This document shows positions 52,146 to 64,000 of a stretch of DNA of 64,000 nt, piece by piece (position 1 is the stretch's first letter; each line of letters opens with the position of its first letter). The notes below the pieces were generated by a model. It did no database searches. It had not been told where the DNA came from and saw only the letters and a program-made list of their open reading frames with translations. The stretch is from the NCBI RefSeq assembly GCF_006345805.1, contig NC_043000.1, forward strand, positions 930,001 to 994,000, given 5' to 3'. The position numbers were made by a program, and so were the translations under genes. Source of the DNA: Octopus sinensis. Lineage: Eukaryota.

Positions 52146-53453
52146 AGTTTCTTTATTGGCCACACAGGGCTGCACACAGATGGGACAAGTTACAAGGTAG
52201 AGCTTTTCTTTTGGGGGATGAAGAGAACAAAAACAAAAGAAAAAAAAGGGGGTGGCGTAGGTTTTCGATCAAGAGGGATCGTAAAAGGGAAGAAAAGAAC
52301 AAAAACAAAACAAAATTGAATAAAATAAAAAGAATAAAAAAAAAAAAAGAAAAGGAAAAGGAACAAAAGGAAAGAGAAATGAAAAAAGAAGAAAAAAAGG
52401 GGGGAAAAGGGAAGAGGAAAAAAAGAACGATCAATAGGGATCGTGTATCACAGTGTTATGATATATGGTGTAAAGGGGAAAGCAAGTAAGGTTTATCCGT
52501 GGGAAGAAAAGCCTACGAAAAAGACCACGGTAACCTTGGTCAATATTGTTATATGTTACCACATTTGTTTGCAAGTGGGTAACCCTCTGTTTTCAATTTC
52601 TGGGTTCATAGGATTATGCTCAAGGTGGCTTCGTCATTCATACGTGCCATCCTTGCTACATTCACCCATCTTTTTTTTAAACATTCGCTAGACAAAACTT
52701 GCCTCTTACTCTCACTTTCCTTTTCAAGTGGTACTTGAAGAAGTTGATGAGAGATTGACCAGAGAGGAAAGTGTTTGTCTCCAATCCTTTCAGACGCGTC
52801 CACCAGATACATTCTTTCGCCATAGCCACAAGGATGATGAAAATAGCTCTTTTCCTTCCCGTTTGAAGGATGGAGGCGTGACAATATTGACGATAGACTC
52901 AGCTGATAAACCGACTCGTCCCACACGTGACAGCAGTTGTTCGACATAAGCCCACAGGTCGGAAATTGTTGGACACTGCACGAGTGCGTGCAGAACGGTT
53001 TCGTCGCTCTGACCGCATCTCGGGCAGGTCGGCCCCGTGTTTCTCGAGCCGTGTCTGTAGAGCTTATCCCGAACGAGTAGCGCTTCTCGGTAGCACTGCC
53101 AGGCCAGGGATCTCTGGAAGTTGTCCATGGGCCCTGGCCCGAAGTCGTCCTGAACAGGCGGTCAGGTACTCCTCGTCGACGTCCAGGTTCGCCCCGAGCT
53201 CGTCGTCGTACCTCCCCTCCACTAATCCCCTATAGAATGCTTGGGTTGTGTTGAAGTCACTCAAGGTCGACCCGGGACGGCAGAGTTGCTTGAGAGCAAC
53301 GCGACACTCGCGGTGCCAATCGCCCTTCCTCGGCTCTTTTTGATCCACGACTGCAGTTCGGTCATGGAGACGAGCTGCGGGAAAGCGTGCCTCACAAACG
53401 GCGACCACACCTGTTCACCGTCGTCTACATAGAGCCAGAGATGTCGCAGTCTC
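52146..53453 (-). mobile_element. Tx1/L1-like LINE, 5'-truncated, inside (GATA)n
   Basis: Longer copy of the same family (FYRGLVEGRYDDELG..., CPRCG...HALVQCP); GATA repeats on both sides. Confidence 0.85.
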
Positions 53454-53510
<57 letters not shown>

Positions 53511-53515
53511 AAGAT

Positions 53516-53573
<58 letters not shown>

Positions 53574-53600
53574 GTAGACAGATAGATAGACAGATAGATA

Positions 53601-54705
53601 CTGAATCACAAAAGAATTGTCTCACACATACTAAATAGAAACTGATTTATTAACAGACTATCAAAGCATTGATTGAAGAGTGCTAATGAAGAAAGCGTTC
53701 TTTCCTAATGATAAAACATTATTTCCTGAAACATGTTTGACGTCACATGTTGTCACGTGATGACTTTGTGTCATGGATCCAAAGAGATGAATTGAATATC
53801 TCATGTGACCACCGTTAGCGTAGATTACCGCCAGGCATATTATATACATTGACTGCACCAAACAACCGATGAAGGCCATGGAGATTGCAGACCGTACTCT
53901 ATTAAAACTTGCAGTGAGTTGTACCGCATTTGTTAGACTTGGACGGATGTCATTTAGCCTTCTTTGGATTTCGTCCCACAGATGCTCTCTTGGGTTCCAG
54001 TCCGGACTTAGGGCAGGACATGGCAGTGTCTGGATGTTGTACTGTTGGAGGAAGTCTGTTGTCAACCTGGCAGTATAAGCACGGGTGTTGTCGTGTTGGA
54101 ACACGTGATTCAGATGACTGGAAAAGTAGCGCACAATGTGAGGCCTTAACACTTGGTCGATATAGCGAGTAGTGGTTACTCCATTGTCCCGGCCTTGGCT
54201 GATGTTTGGAAGGCCAGCGGTCCAAGTTTCTGGTTGAGAGCGATCTCGCTCCATACTCTGTCCTCCCCATGAGTCTCTTTCCATCACATTGCTATCAGCA
54301 TGGTGTTCACCTTTCTCCAAACCCTAGCTCTGTCATCTGTCACAGAAATGCAATATCGACTTTCGTCAGACAAGACTACGGTCCTCCAATGATGATATTG
54401 CCAGTTCTGAGGCTTTCCAGCCCACTGCAGACGTGCCCGTTGATGAGAATGGAGCCCCGAACAGGACGTCGACAAGCCATTGGGAGATTTGACCCTGCAT
54501 CATGTTTTTCATAAAGATGCGTTCGTGAGCATTACTATGTTCACAAAAAGTGAGCGAATTCGAGTCCTCAAAAGAGAGTGATGTTGTGAGTCACTGATAT
54601 CTTTCTGATGTCAAACTACCTAGAAATGTGATAAAATCCATATCATGTCAATATCGTGTGCGAAACAAATAAGCTTTCACATTGCAACGTTTCTTTTGTG
54701 GTTCA

Positions 54706-54706
<1 letters not shown>
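53601..54706 (-). mobile_element. Tc1-like (DD34E) remnant
   Basis: VVLSDESRY, FQHDNTRAY, SPDWNPREHLWDEI; degenerate TIR ctgaa(t/c)cacaaaagaa. Confidence 0.85.
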
Positions 54707-54762
<56 letters not shown>

Positions 54763-54907
54763 GTGTGTGTGTTGTGTGTGTGTTGTGTGTGTGTGTGTGT
54801 GTGTGTGTCGCTAAATACGTTTTACCAGAAAGCGAAACTATAAATGAGACTCTAACCACATTAGACTCTAACCACATTGCAGACAGTTGTCTGTATTAAT
54901 TATAAAA

Positions 54908-55016
54908 GACGGCGAGCTGGCAGAACCACTAGCATGCCGGGCGAAATGCTTAGAGGTATTTCGTCTGCCGCTACGTTCTGAGTTCAAATTCCGCCGAGGT
55001 CGACTTTGCCTTTCAT
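54908..55016 (+). mobile_element. SINE family B 5' fragment
   Basis: Head to start of the central domain. Confidence 0.8.
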
Positions 55017-55135
55017 ACAATTGCATTTGCTGTTGTTGCATATTTAGAAAACAAAACAGATTTTTACAGATGAGTGGATCAGAGTGATAATAACCGATTT
55101 AAAATTGTCAGTGTTACAAAATTATCTTTTACAGC

Positions 55136-55261
55136 ATGGAAAGTATAAAAGAGAAGGAAATATTTCTTTCTGACTTAAACTATGAAAAAGCAAAGGAGAC
55201 ACATTTATCTGCTGAAAAAAGCAAACGATCGAAACTATGGCGCGCATTTGTCAATATTAAG
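55136..55261 (+). CDS. SLCO: OATP/SLCO organic anion transporter, first coding exon (MESIKEKEIFLSDLNYEKAKETHLSAEKSKRSKLWRAFVNIK)
   Basis: Acceptor atcttttacag at 55124-55134, ATG 55136, 42 open codons, donor AAG|GTAAGT at 55262 (phase 0). Joins as ...AFVNIK|MFTII..., like the K|MF exon junction of vertebrate SLCO1 genes. Not in the ORF track. Symbol is family level only. Confidence 0.8.
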
Positions 55262-55311
55262 GTAAGTCTATATCATAAATAGAGGCTACTATCTTTCTAT
55301 ATTGTTCTATC

Positions 55312-55344
55312 TTTCTGATGAAGGATAAGCGTCCCAAACGTCAA
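55312..55344 (+). ncRNA. Probably inactivated hammerhead motif (G12C)
   Basis: ttt CTGATGA agga-taagcg-tcc CAAA cg TC aa; 50 nt downstream of the SLCO donor. Confidence 0.45.
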
Positions 55345-55393
55345 TGTTCTTTCACATCTCTTTAAGTGCTGTCTTCTTTTTTTTGCATTCTTG

Positions 55394-55427
<34 letters not shown>

Positions 55428-55430
<3 letters not shown>

Positions 55431-55585
55431 GGTCCCGGGTTGAGTCGGGGTTAACCACAGTAAATAAGGTACTCAATACATAGCAGAGTAAATTAATTTA
55501 ATTTTATAGAAGGAGCTTCTACAGGACTAGAACGGTTTCCTGATGATTTCTTTTGAATGAAACAGTTCTAGTCCTGTAGAAGCTC
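55428..55585. mobile_element. Fold-back element in (TA)n, copy 2
   Basis: Same leader and arm sequence as 32323, different inversion junction. Confidence 0.8.
55540..55572 (+). ncRNA. Hammerhead core inside a fold-back element (second copy of 32454)
   Basis: CTGATGA tttcttttgaat GAAA cagttctag. Confidence 0.5.
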
Positions 55586-55594
55586 ATAAAATAA

Positions 55595-55679
<85 letters not shown>

Positions 55680-55961
55680 TAGAAAAAATACACATTTTAT
55701 CAAGTGGGTGATTATGATCAAAATAAGCAACAAGGATATACAGAGGTAATGCAGTACGATCGTTTCATGCGACTCTATTTAATTGAACAATGCAAATATT
55801 ACATCAATTTAAAATGTAGACCAATCTACAGCTGCATAAAATTATAGAATTTAGTTAAATTCGAAGGATTCATTTGTTTCCCTGTAAGTTAGGAATAATA
55901 TTCCCTCAAATTATTATTATTATTATTATTATTATTATACAACTTTCTCACCTATATATAT

Positions 55962-56009
<48 letters not shown>

Positions 56010-56535
56010 CTTTATTAAAAAGCAGCAAAAGTATCACAAAAACTGTTACTCGGTGTTTCACGTTCACGTCCGTCGGACCGTTTCGTTTTTCTAAACAAAA
56101 CTGTCCGACGAAAGGGAACGTGAAACGATAAAACAAGCACCAATTGAGGCTAAGGTGATGTAATCGACCAGCTCCCTCTCTCAAGATTTCAATCCTTATG
56201 CCTATAGTAGAAAGGATTTATAACGAGGAAAACAAAATCCATATCCGGTTCTCATGAAATATAGTTATGGACCACGTGTCTCCTGTTCTATTTTGGGTAT
56301 GAAGAGTCGCTGAAAAGGTTACAGAATGTGTGACGAAAGATTTCCAAGCAAAGGACATAAAATAAGAACAAGAAGTGAAGACCGAATAAAGGTGTTTATT
56401 TGGAAAACAAAAAAGGATCATCCTTTGATATAACAATATCTGTTTCAACACACGATTTCACACCAAGAATCTGGCAAAACAAATACATGTGTATGTTATG
56501 TTTGTTTACAAGAAATGGAAGAAGTTGGAACTTAT

Positions 56536-56705
56536 AGGAGTGACTGTGTGGTAAGAGGCTTGCTTACCAACCACACGGTTCCGGGTTCAGTCCCACTGCG
56601 TGGCACCTTGGGCAAGAGTCTTCTACTATGGCCTCGGGTCGACCAAATCCTTGTGAGTGGATTTGGTAGACGGAAACTGAAAGAAGCCCGTCGTATATAT
56701 ATATA

Positions 56706-56743
<38 letters not shown>

Positions 56744-56953
56744 TGTGTCTGTGTCCCCCCGAACATCGCTTGACAACCGATGCTGGTGTGTTTAAGTCCC
56801 CGTTATATAGCGGTTCGGCAAAACAGTGCGATAGAATAAGTACTAGGCTTACAAAGAATAAGTCCTGGGGTCGATTCGCTCGACTAAAAAGGCGGTGCTC
56901 CAGCATGGCCACAGTCAAATGACTGAAACAAGTAATTGAGAGTAAAAGAGTAA
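56536..56953 (+). mobile_element. SINE family A (SLCO intron 1)
   Basis: Near full-length copy. Confidence 0.9.
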
Positions 56954-57234
56954 GAGAGTTCTAAATGGTTAAAGGTAAAATGTACATTAGAACAGAAGAC
57001 ATCCAAATATTGTTTGTAGCAATGAGAAAGGGAAAAAAAAGAAAGAAAAAGAAAAAGAAACCAAACAGAAAAGAAATACTGCAAATTTTAGTCTAGAACT
57101 GACAGGCACATAATTAGATATTGTTAATGTTTGCGTATTTTTTGGTTCCGTTATGAATGTGGATATTTGAAAGGCATACGGAAGATTGTGTTAAAGGAGT
57201 CATAATTTATTGTAGTTTGGTGTAAGAGTGTAAA

Positions 57235-58008
57235 GGCGGTGTGCTGGCAGAAACGTTAGCACGCCGGGCGAAATGCTTAGCGGTACTTCGTCTGCCGCTA
57301 CGTTCTGAGTTCAAATTCCGCCGACGTCGACTTTGCCTTTCATCCTTTCGGGGTGGATTAAATAAATACCAGTTACGCACTGGGGTCGATATAATCGACT
57401 TATTCCGTCTGTCTGTCCTTGTTTGTCCTCTCTGTGTTTAGCCCCTTGTGGGTAGTAAAGAAATAGGTATTTCGTCTGCCGCTACGTTCTGAGTTCAAAT
57501 TCCGCCGACGTCGACTTTGCCTTTCATCCTTTCGGGTTGGATTAAATAAATACCAGTTACGCACTGGGGTCGATATAATCGACTTATTCCGTCTGTCTGT
57601 CCTTGTTTGTCCTCTCTGTGTTTAGCCCCTTGTGGGTAGTAAAGAAATAGGTATTTCGTCTGCCGCTACGTTCTGAGTTCAAATTCCGTCGTGGTCGACT
57701 TCGCCTTTCATCCTTTCGGGGTCGAATAAATAAGTACCAGTTACGCACTGAGGTCGATGTAATCGACTTTATACCTATGTCTGTCCCATTTATGTTTGGC
57801 CCCTTGTGGGTAGTAAAGAGATAGGTATTTCGTCTGCCATTACGTTCTGAGTTCAAATTCCGCCGAGGTCGAACTTTGCCTTTCATCCTTTCGGGGTCTA
57901 TAAATTAAGTACCAGCTACGCACTGGGGTCGATATAATCGACTTAATCCGTTTATCTGTCCTTGTTTGTTTCCTCTATGTCTAGCCCCTTGTGGGTGGCA
58001 AATAAATA
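57235..58008 (+). mobile_element. SINE family B tetramer (SLCO intron 1)
   Basis: Headless units start at 57467, 57651 and 57825. Confidence 0.9.
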
Positions 58009-58098
58009 TGTATTAGAGTGTATGTATCTGAACTTAATTTAAATAAATCCTTGAAAAATCTGAAATTCTTTTATTTTCGTTTTTTTATTTTCTTTCAG

Positions 58099-58408
58099 AT
58101 GTTTACTATTATCGCTGGTATAGCTAACATACCTGTCTATTGCGCATCTATTTTGTTAAGTTCACAATTGACTTCAATTGAAAAACACTTCGGCATAAGC
58201 AGCAGCAAATCTGCCGGTTTAATAAGTGCAAACGAAATTGGATTCCTAATAACAGCTCTCCCGTTTGGTTACGTGTTCAAAGATAGTCATAAACCGTTCG
58301 TTTTGGCTATTTCTAATATTGGAAGTGCTATCGCTTCTTTTATATGTACACTTCCGTATTTCTTTCTTCGTGTGCCGGAAACCGATCAAAATTGGAATGT
58401 AACAAGCA
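58099..58408 (+). CDS. SLCO: OATP/SLCO exon, TM1-TM3 region
   Basis: Acceptor ttctttcag at 58090-58098. SSQLTSIEKHFGISSSKSAGLISANEIG...HKP...TLPYFF matches OATP motifs (IEKRF, S.EIG, HRP, LPHF). Donor A|GTATGT at 58409 (phase 1). Confidence 0.9.
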
Positions 58409-58500
58409 GTATGTATCAATGAATTTTTCTTTATTTAATGATATCAGCGATACTGGACACTGGATTATTGACAGTGCAAGATTTGTTAATCTTCTTTTAT

Positions 58501-58927
58501 ACTCTCTTTACTCTTTACTCTTTTACTTGTTTCAGTCATTTGACTGCGGCCATGCTGGAGCACCGCCTTTAGTCGAGCAAATCAACCCCGGGACTTATTC
58601 TTTGTAAGCCTAGTACTCATTCTATCGGCTTCTTTGCCGAACCGCTAAGTTAAGGGGACGCAAACACACCAGTATCGCTTGTCAGGCGATGTTGGGGGGA
58701 CAAACACAGACACACAAACACACGCACACACACACACACACACATATATATAGATATACATATATACGACGGGCTTCTTTTAGTTTCCATCTACCAAATC
58801 CACACACAAGGCTTTGGTCGGCCCGAGTCTATAGTAAAAGACACTTGCCCAAGGTGCCACGCAGTGGGACTGAACACGGAACCATGTGGTCGGTAAGCAA
58901 GCTACTTACCACACAGCCACTCCTGCG
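58501..58927 (-). mobile_element. SINE family A (SLCO intron 2)
   Basis: Full-length copy. Confidence 0.9.
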
Positions 58928-59130
58928 ACTATCTCCATCTTTTTTTTTATTTATATTAATTATCGGACCGTGGCCATGCTGAAGCACCGCTCTGAAGGGT
59001 TGTAGTCGAACAAATAAATCGACCTCAGTGTTCTATCGGTATTCCTTGCTAAACCGCTAAATTAAGGGGACGTAAACAAAGTAACAGCAGTTACCCTGAA
59101 GTGGAGGTCAAGCACATATATAAATACATA

Positions 59131-59368
59131 CCCATTTCTTTACTACCCACTAGGGGCTAAACACAGAGAGGACAAACAAGGACAGACAAACGCATTAAGT
59201 CGATTATATCGACCCCAGTGCGTAACTGGTACTTATTTAATCGACCCCGAAAGGATGAAAGACAAAGACAAAGTCCACCTCGACGGAATTTGAACTCAGA
59301 ACGTAGCGGCAGACGAAATACCACTAAGCATTTCGCCGGCGTGCTAACGTTTCTGCCAGCTCGCTGCC

Positions 59369-59369
<1 letters not shown>
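59131..59369 (-). mobile_element. SINE family B monomer
   Basis: Full-length copy. Confidence 0.85.
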
Positions 59370-59414
<45 letters not shown>

Positions 59415-59927
59415 ACACACATATTACATGCACAAACACACGCACATTCCACACACATATATACGATGGGCTTCCACTCTGTTTCCATTTACCGAATTCA
59501 TTCACAAAGCATTTGTCGGCTCGAGGCTAGAAGGTACTTGCGTAAAGTGCCATGCGGTTGGATTCTACATGAAACCACGTGTCTATAAAAGCGAGCTTCT
59601 TAATCACGCAGCCAATGACTGCACTTCTAACGAAGAAACAGTCTCTTCAGTGAATTCCATTGGCTAGCGTATATTTTTAGTTATTACTCTGTCGATTCGG
59701 AAAATATACAAAGCATACTGTTGAAAATAATAGGAGCCACCGACAACCATGTGACCAATCACAAATCCAGCAGTCATGTGACCGATCTGCACATCCAGAA
59801 GCATCATCAGAGGTCCCATGGCTTACCACATAATTACTCTAAAGTAAAACATCTGGTGACTGTCAAAACAACGTTTATCATCACCTAATTAACCACGTGA
59901 CTGCACGACCATTAATTACTTTGAAAA

Positions 59928-60171
59928 GGCGGCGAGCTGGCGGAAACGTTAGCACTCCGGGCGAAATACTTAGCAGTATTTCGTCTGTCATCACGGTCTG
60001 AGTTCAAATTCCGCCGAGGTCGACTTCGCCCTTCATCCCTTCGGGGTCGATAAATTAAGTACCAGTTACACACTGGGGTCGATGTAATCGACTTAATCCC
60101 TTTGTCTGTCCTTGTTTGTCCCCTCTGTGTTTAGCCCCTTGTGGGCAATAAAGAAATAAGAAATAAGAAAT

Positions 60172-60173
<2 letters not shown>
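59928..60173 (+). mobile_element. SINE family B monomer
   Basis: Full-length copy with (AAGAAAT)n tail. Confidence 0.85.
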
Positions 60174-60310
<137 letters not shown>

Positions 60311-61164
60311 TGTGGACGCCTCTGATGGGAACCCAATAATGCTCGAAAATCGATTAAGGTTGTTCATCATTTTTTCAGAGTGCGGAGAAATGGCTAATAT
60401 GTGCCCATATGTTACGTATATATTATATCATACCTAGATAATGTGTGGAATAAAATCCCCGTTGACAGGCAGCTGGTGTTTATAGAGTGTTAAACACTTA
60501 TGGTGTGCAAATTAGAGACTCTTTTATAGAGTGACTGCTGTATTTGTCGAGTATATAAGCAGTTTGGCTGATTGTTTTTATAGAGATTGTCAAAATGATG
60601 TAGACGCCTTGAGGTTGTTCTTCAGTTTTTTTCAGTCTGTAGAGAAATGTGTCCTGTTTATAATTATACCATATGTTATGTATATATATTATTTAAAACC
60701 TTTTGATTCGGTTACGTGCTTCTTCAAGTTTCGCAGGCGCATAACGGGAGCCCCACTTCTTGGGCTCCAGATAGAGGCCTGCGAAACTCGAAGTAGCACG
60801 GAACCGAATCAAACTGTTTTAGATAATACAATGTAAGTCCTACTAAATGTGTTGAGTGCCCTTTTCTTTCGTTTGTGCATTCACTTATATGTGTGTATGT
60901 GTGTGTGTATGTGTGTGTGTGTGTGTGTATAATAATAATACTAGGGAGTATAACTCCAAACTTACAGGGAAAAATTCAATTTAGTATTAAATCAAATTTC
61001 ACTGTATAAATATATGAAATATAAATTAGAGATAAAACAACTATTATGCACCTCAAACAGTGATAGACATAAACCAATACATAAAATAACCAATATATAT
61101 TTTTTATATATATAACTTATAACTAGTTCTCAAAAAGCACTGCATCCTTCAAAACTTCCATGCT

Positions 61165-61330
61165 TCCTGAGATTCGCCGACACTACACCTGATTTTCTCC
61201 CCTCCATACACATGCAAGCATGTATCTGATTCATACACTGTTCGCTTTCCAAACATTTATACGCACTTTTGACAAGTTGTGGTGCACCTGAGCACTGTAT
61301 ACAATAATTTCATTATTATTATTATTATTA
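61165..61330 (+). mobile_element. LINE-like 3' end with (ATT)n tail
   Basis: gcacctgagcactgtatacaata followed by (ATT)n; family not identified. Confidence 0.4.
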
Positions 61331-61457
61331 TATAAGAATTAATTATTATTATTACTATTATATAAAATGAATGATAATTACATAATATGTACATATTATA
61401 TTATATATTTATCATTCATTTTATACTTTTTGAGATCTAGTTATAAGTTATATAAAA

Positions 61458-61505
<48 letters not shown>

Positions 61506-61510
<5 letters not shown>

Positions 61511-62198
61511 TTTATATTATAGTACGTTTATATATTTGTTATGCAAGATTTTTTATGTGAAGTCGTGTGTTGAAACAGATATTGTTATATTTCGGAATGG
61601 TCATTTTGCCAGTTTAGCCAATACAAAATGGCTGACGGTTAGTAAGGAGAGACACAAATAAGAAAGAAGAAAACAAAGGACCACTGATGCGGTCACAGGA
61701 GTGTGACGAAAGAACTCTGACCGAAATAAGATTAAGATTAATGTGAAAAATAAATAACACTGAAGCAAAGTAACACCAAATATATAGTGCGTGTGTTTTT
61801 ATTGGCTAAACTGGCAAAATGACCATTCCTAAATACAACAATATATATATATATATATATATTAATTTATATTATAGTACGTTTATATATTTGTTATGCA
61901 AGATTTTTTATGTGAAGTCGTGTGTTGAAACAGATATTGTTATATTTCGGAATGGTCATTTTGCCAGTTTAGCCAATACAAAATGGCTGACAGTTAGTAA
62001 GGAGAGACACAAATAAGAAAGAAGAAAACAAAGGACCACTGATGTGGTCACAGGAGTGTGACGAAAGAACTCTGGCCGAAATAAGATTAAGATTAATGTA
62101 AAAAATAAATAACACTGAAGCAAAGTAACACTAAATATATAGTGCGTGTGTTTTTATTGGCTAAACTGGCAAAATGACCATTCCGAAATATAACAATA
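61506..62198. repeat. Tandem duplication (355 bp period), each unit holding a 44 bp-TIR element
   Basis: TIR tattgttatatttcggaatggtcattttgccagtttagccaata at 61580/61843 and 61935/62198. Confidence 0.85.
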
Positions 62199-62202
62199 AA
62201 TT

Positions 62203-62235
<33 letters not shown>

Positions 62236-62240
<5 letters not shown>

Positions 62241-62651
62241 AATATTAGGGAATAAATCCAAACTTACAGGGAAAAATCAGATTTAGGATTCAATCCAATT
62301 TTATAGTAAAATATTATATTATATTAAATTAGAGACAAAACCACTATTAGGCAAATCATACAATGAAAAACTTAAGCCAATACATAAGATTATTTAATTT
62401 ATATTATTTAAATATATAACAAAATTATTAAAAAAATATAATTAATATAACACTACGATCGTTTCATGGCTGTTAAATTCTTTAAATTTTCGAGTTACAG
62501 TCATTCATCAGGTGGTTTAAATATTTATCTTGGCGAGGTTTAAACGATGAACTCTAATTTAATATAATATAATATTTTACTATAAAATTTGGATTCAATC
62601 CTAAATCTGATTTTTCCCTGTAAAATTGGATTTATTCCCTAATATTTATTA
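62236..62651. mobile_element. Element with ~100 bp terminal inverted repeats enclosing a hammerhead, in (TA)n
   Basis: taataaatattagggaataaatccaa..ttacagggaaaaatcagatttagga at both ends; a single-arm relative lies at about 60940-61095. Confidence 0.85.
62451..62514 (-). ncRNA. Type-I hammerhead motif
   Basis: cac CTGATGA atgactgt...acagccat GAAA cgatcg TA gtg. Confidence 0.75.
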
Positions 62652-62735
62652 TATATATATATATATATATATATTATATTATTATTAGTTATTTCGATCT
62701 TGAAAGGATGGACTTGGTGCAAACTTAACTGTATC

Positions 62736-62775
<40 letters not shown>

Positions 62776-62994
62776 ATTAATAGTAATTTTTATTAACTTT
62801 CATAGCTTTAGAATTTTATGAACTGAACCATGGTTTTAATTATTATTTTTCATCTCCCTATGTAATGAGTATTATATTATATAAGTGTAGCATTATGATG
62901 TATAAGTTTTTATATTTTACATTTTTATATTTTTATATTTATATGTATATGGTTATATAATATTTTTCACAATTATAACAAATTTAATTTAATT

Positions 62995-63102
62995 CTCTGA
63001 AGAGGCTGTGGGGCATCCTTGTTAATGCCTCATTTATACCTGCCTTTATGGCTTAGAGGTTAAATGAGGTATGACTGCCCTCACTGCCGAAACAGCTGTC
63101 AG
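62995..63102 (+). ncRNA. Type-I hammerhead motif with very long stem II, sense strand of SLCO intron 2
   Basis: ct CTGAAGA ggctgtggggca...tgccctcactgcc GAAA cagctg TC ag; stem I is only 2 bp. Confidence 0.65.
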
Positions 63103-63344
63103 TTTTGATTTAATTGCATATTATATTTGAAATTTTTTACTTATATCTCTTTATCTTTTTACTATTACTGTATATCTCATTTTGTATAATGCCTTTACTC
63201 ATATGTAATGGTGTATTAAAGTATTGATTGGGTATCATCGGATAGTTGATGTTTTATTGATTTAAGTATGTTTCTCCATTCTCTAATTTTGTTGTAATAT
63301 ATATATATATATATATCTTTGCTTTCTTTTTTCTTCTTTTGCAG

Positions 63345-63572
63345 CCAGTTCCTTGATACCTCTCTTTCCGTGTATGAATATTAATGCCTCCTACCATGCG
63401 AACAGTACGTGTACGACGGAGAAAGAGGACACTCACTCGGCTACTACTGCTGCTTACGCGTTGATATTTATTGGAATGATTTTGGGTGGAATCTGCAAAG
63501 CTGTCAGAACTCCTTTAGTTACCTGCTATATAGATGACAATATAGACAAAGTCTACATCGGTGGATACATGA
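63345..63572 (+). CDS. SLCO: OATP/SLCO exon, extracellular loop 2 and TM4 region
   Basis: Acceptor ttcttttgcag ending 63344. Phase 1 matches the previous exon (A+CC = Thr). Encodes C...YALIFIGMILGGICKAVRTPLVTCYIDDNIDKVYIGGYM, matching the OATP YIDD motif. Donor A|GTGAGT at 63573. Confidence 0.9.
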
Positions 63573-63729
63573 GTGAGTGTTTGTTTTTATAACAGCTTTG
63601 AGCGAGAGAAAAGAGCTCAACCAATGAAATTGTCGTTATATTTCAGCTTTCACCATGCATATCAATTAGTTACTAAGGGCGTGTGGGTGTGCATATATGC
63701 CAATATATTTCTATTCGTATACGTCTATG

Positions 63730-63766
<37 letters not shown>

Positions 63767-63792
63767 AAAAGAAAAATGGAAAAGGAGACAAA

Positions 63793-63829
<37 letters not shown>

Positions 63830-63929
63830 TGATCTAATAAATGAGATGTCTGGATTATTTTCATATTTGCGTAATTTAGACAACAGTTCATTCACCACAT
63901 CCTGTACACACACACACACACACACACAC

Positions 63930-64000
<71 letters not shown>

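Noticed and set aside
57235-58008. SINE-B tandem units as a CRISPR array or hammerhead retrozyme
   Set aside because: The context is eukaryotic, there are no unique spacers or cas genes, and neither strand of the 184 bp unit has a CTGANGA core.
58018-58098. ORF-track N-terminal extension MYVSELNLNK... of the SLCO exon
   Set aside because: It is intronic polypyrimidine tract; the exon starts after the AG at 58098 and splices in frame to 55261.

Overview
AT-rich, repeat-saturated animal genomic DNA. The SINE set and microsatellite density suggest an octopod cephalopod; this is recall-based inference and no database search was run. One host gene is supported: three in-frame + strand exons (55136-55261, 58099-58408, 63345-63572) encoding the N-terminal part of an OATP/SLCO organic anion transporter that continues beyond the window. 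The rest comprises four tRNA-derived SINE families (working names A-D), LINE fragments (Tx1/L1-like, CR1/L2-like, R4/Dong-like), a decayed Penelope-like element (RT + GIY-YIG), Tc1/mariner-superfamily elements including a nearly intact DD41D copy, a Chapaev3-like remnant, and large microsatellites. The main unannotated signals are three. (1) About a dozen minimal type-I hammerhead ribozyme motifs sit in short, often fold-back elements in or near (TA)n tracts, several inside the SLCO introns. (2) A Tx1-like LINE has inserted three times into (GATA)n. (3) SINE-B forms concatemers that all use one fixed, palindromic junction. Nearly all ORFs in the supplied track are microsatellite or repeat artefacts. 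All folds, alignments and coordinates were worked out by eye.
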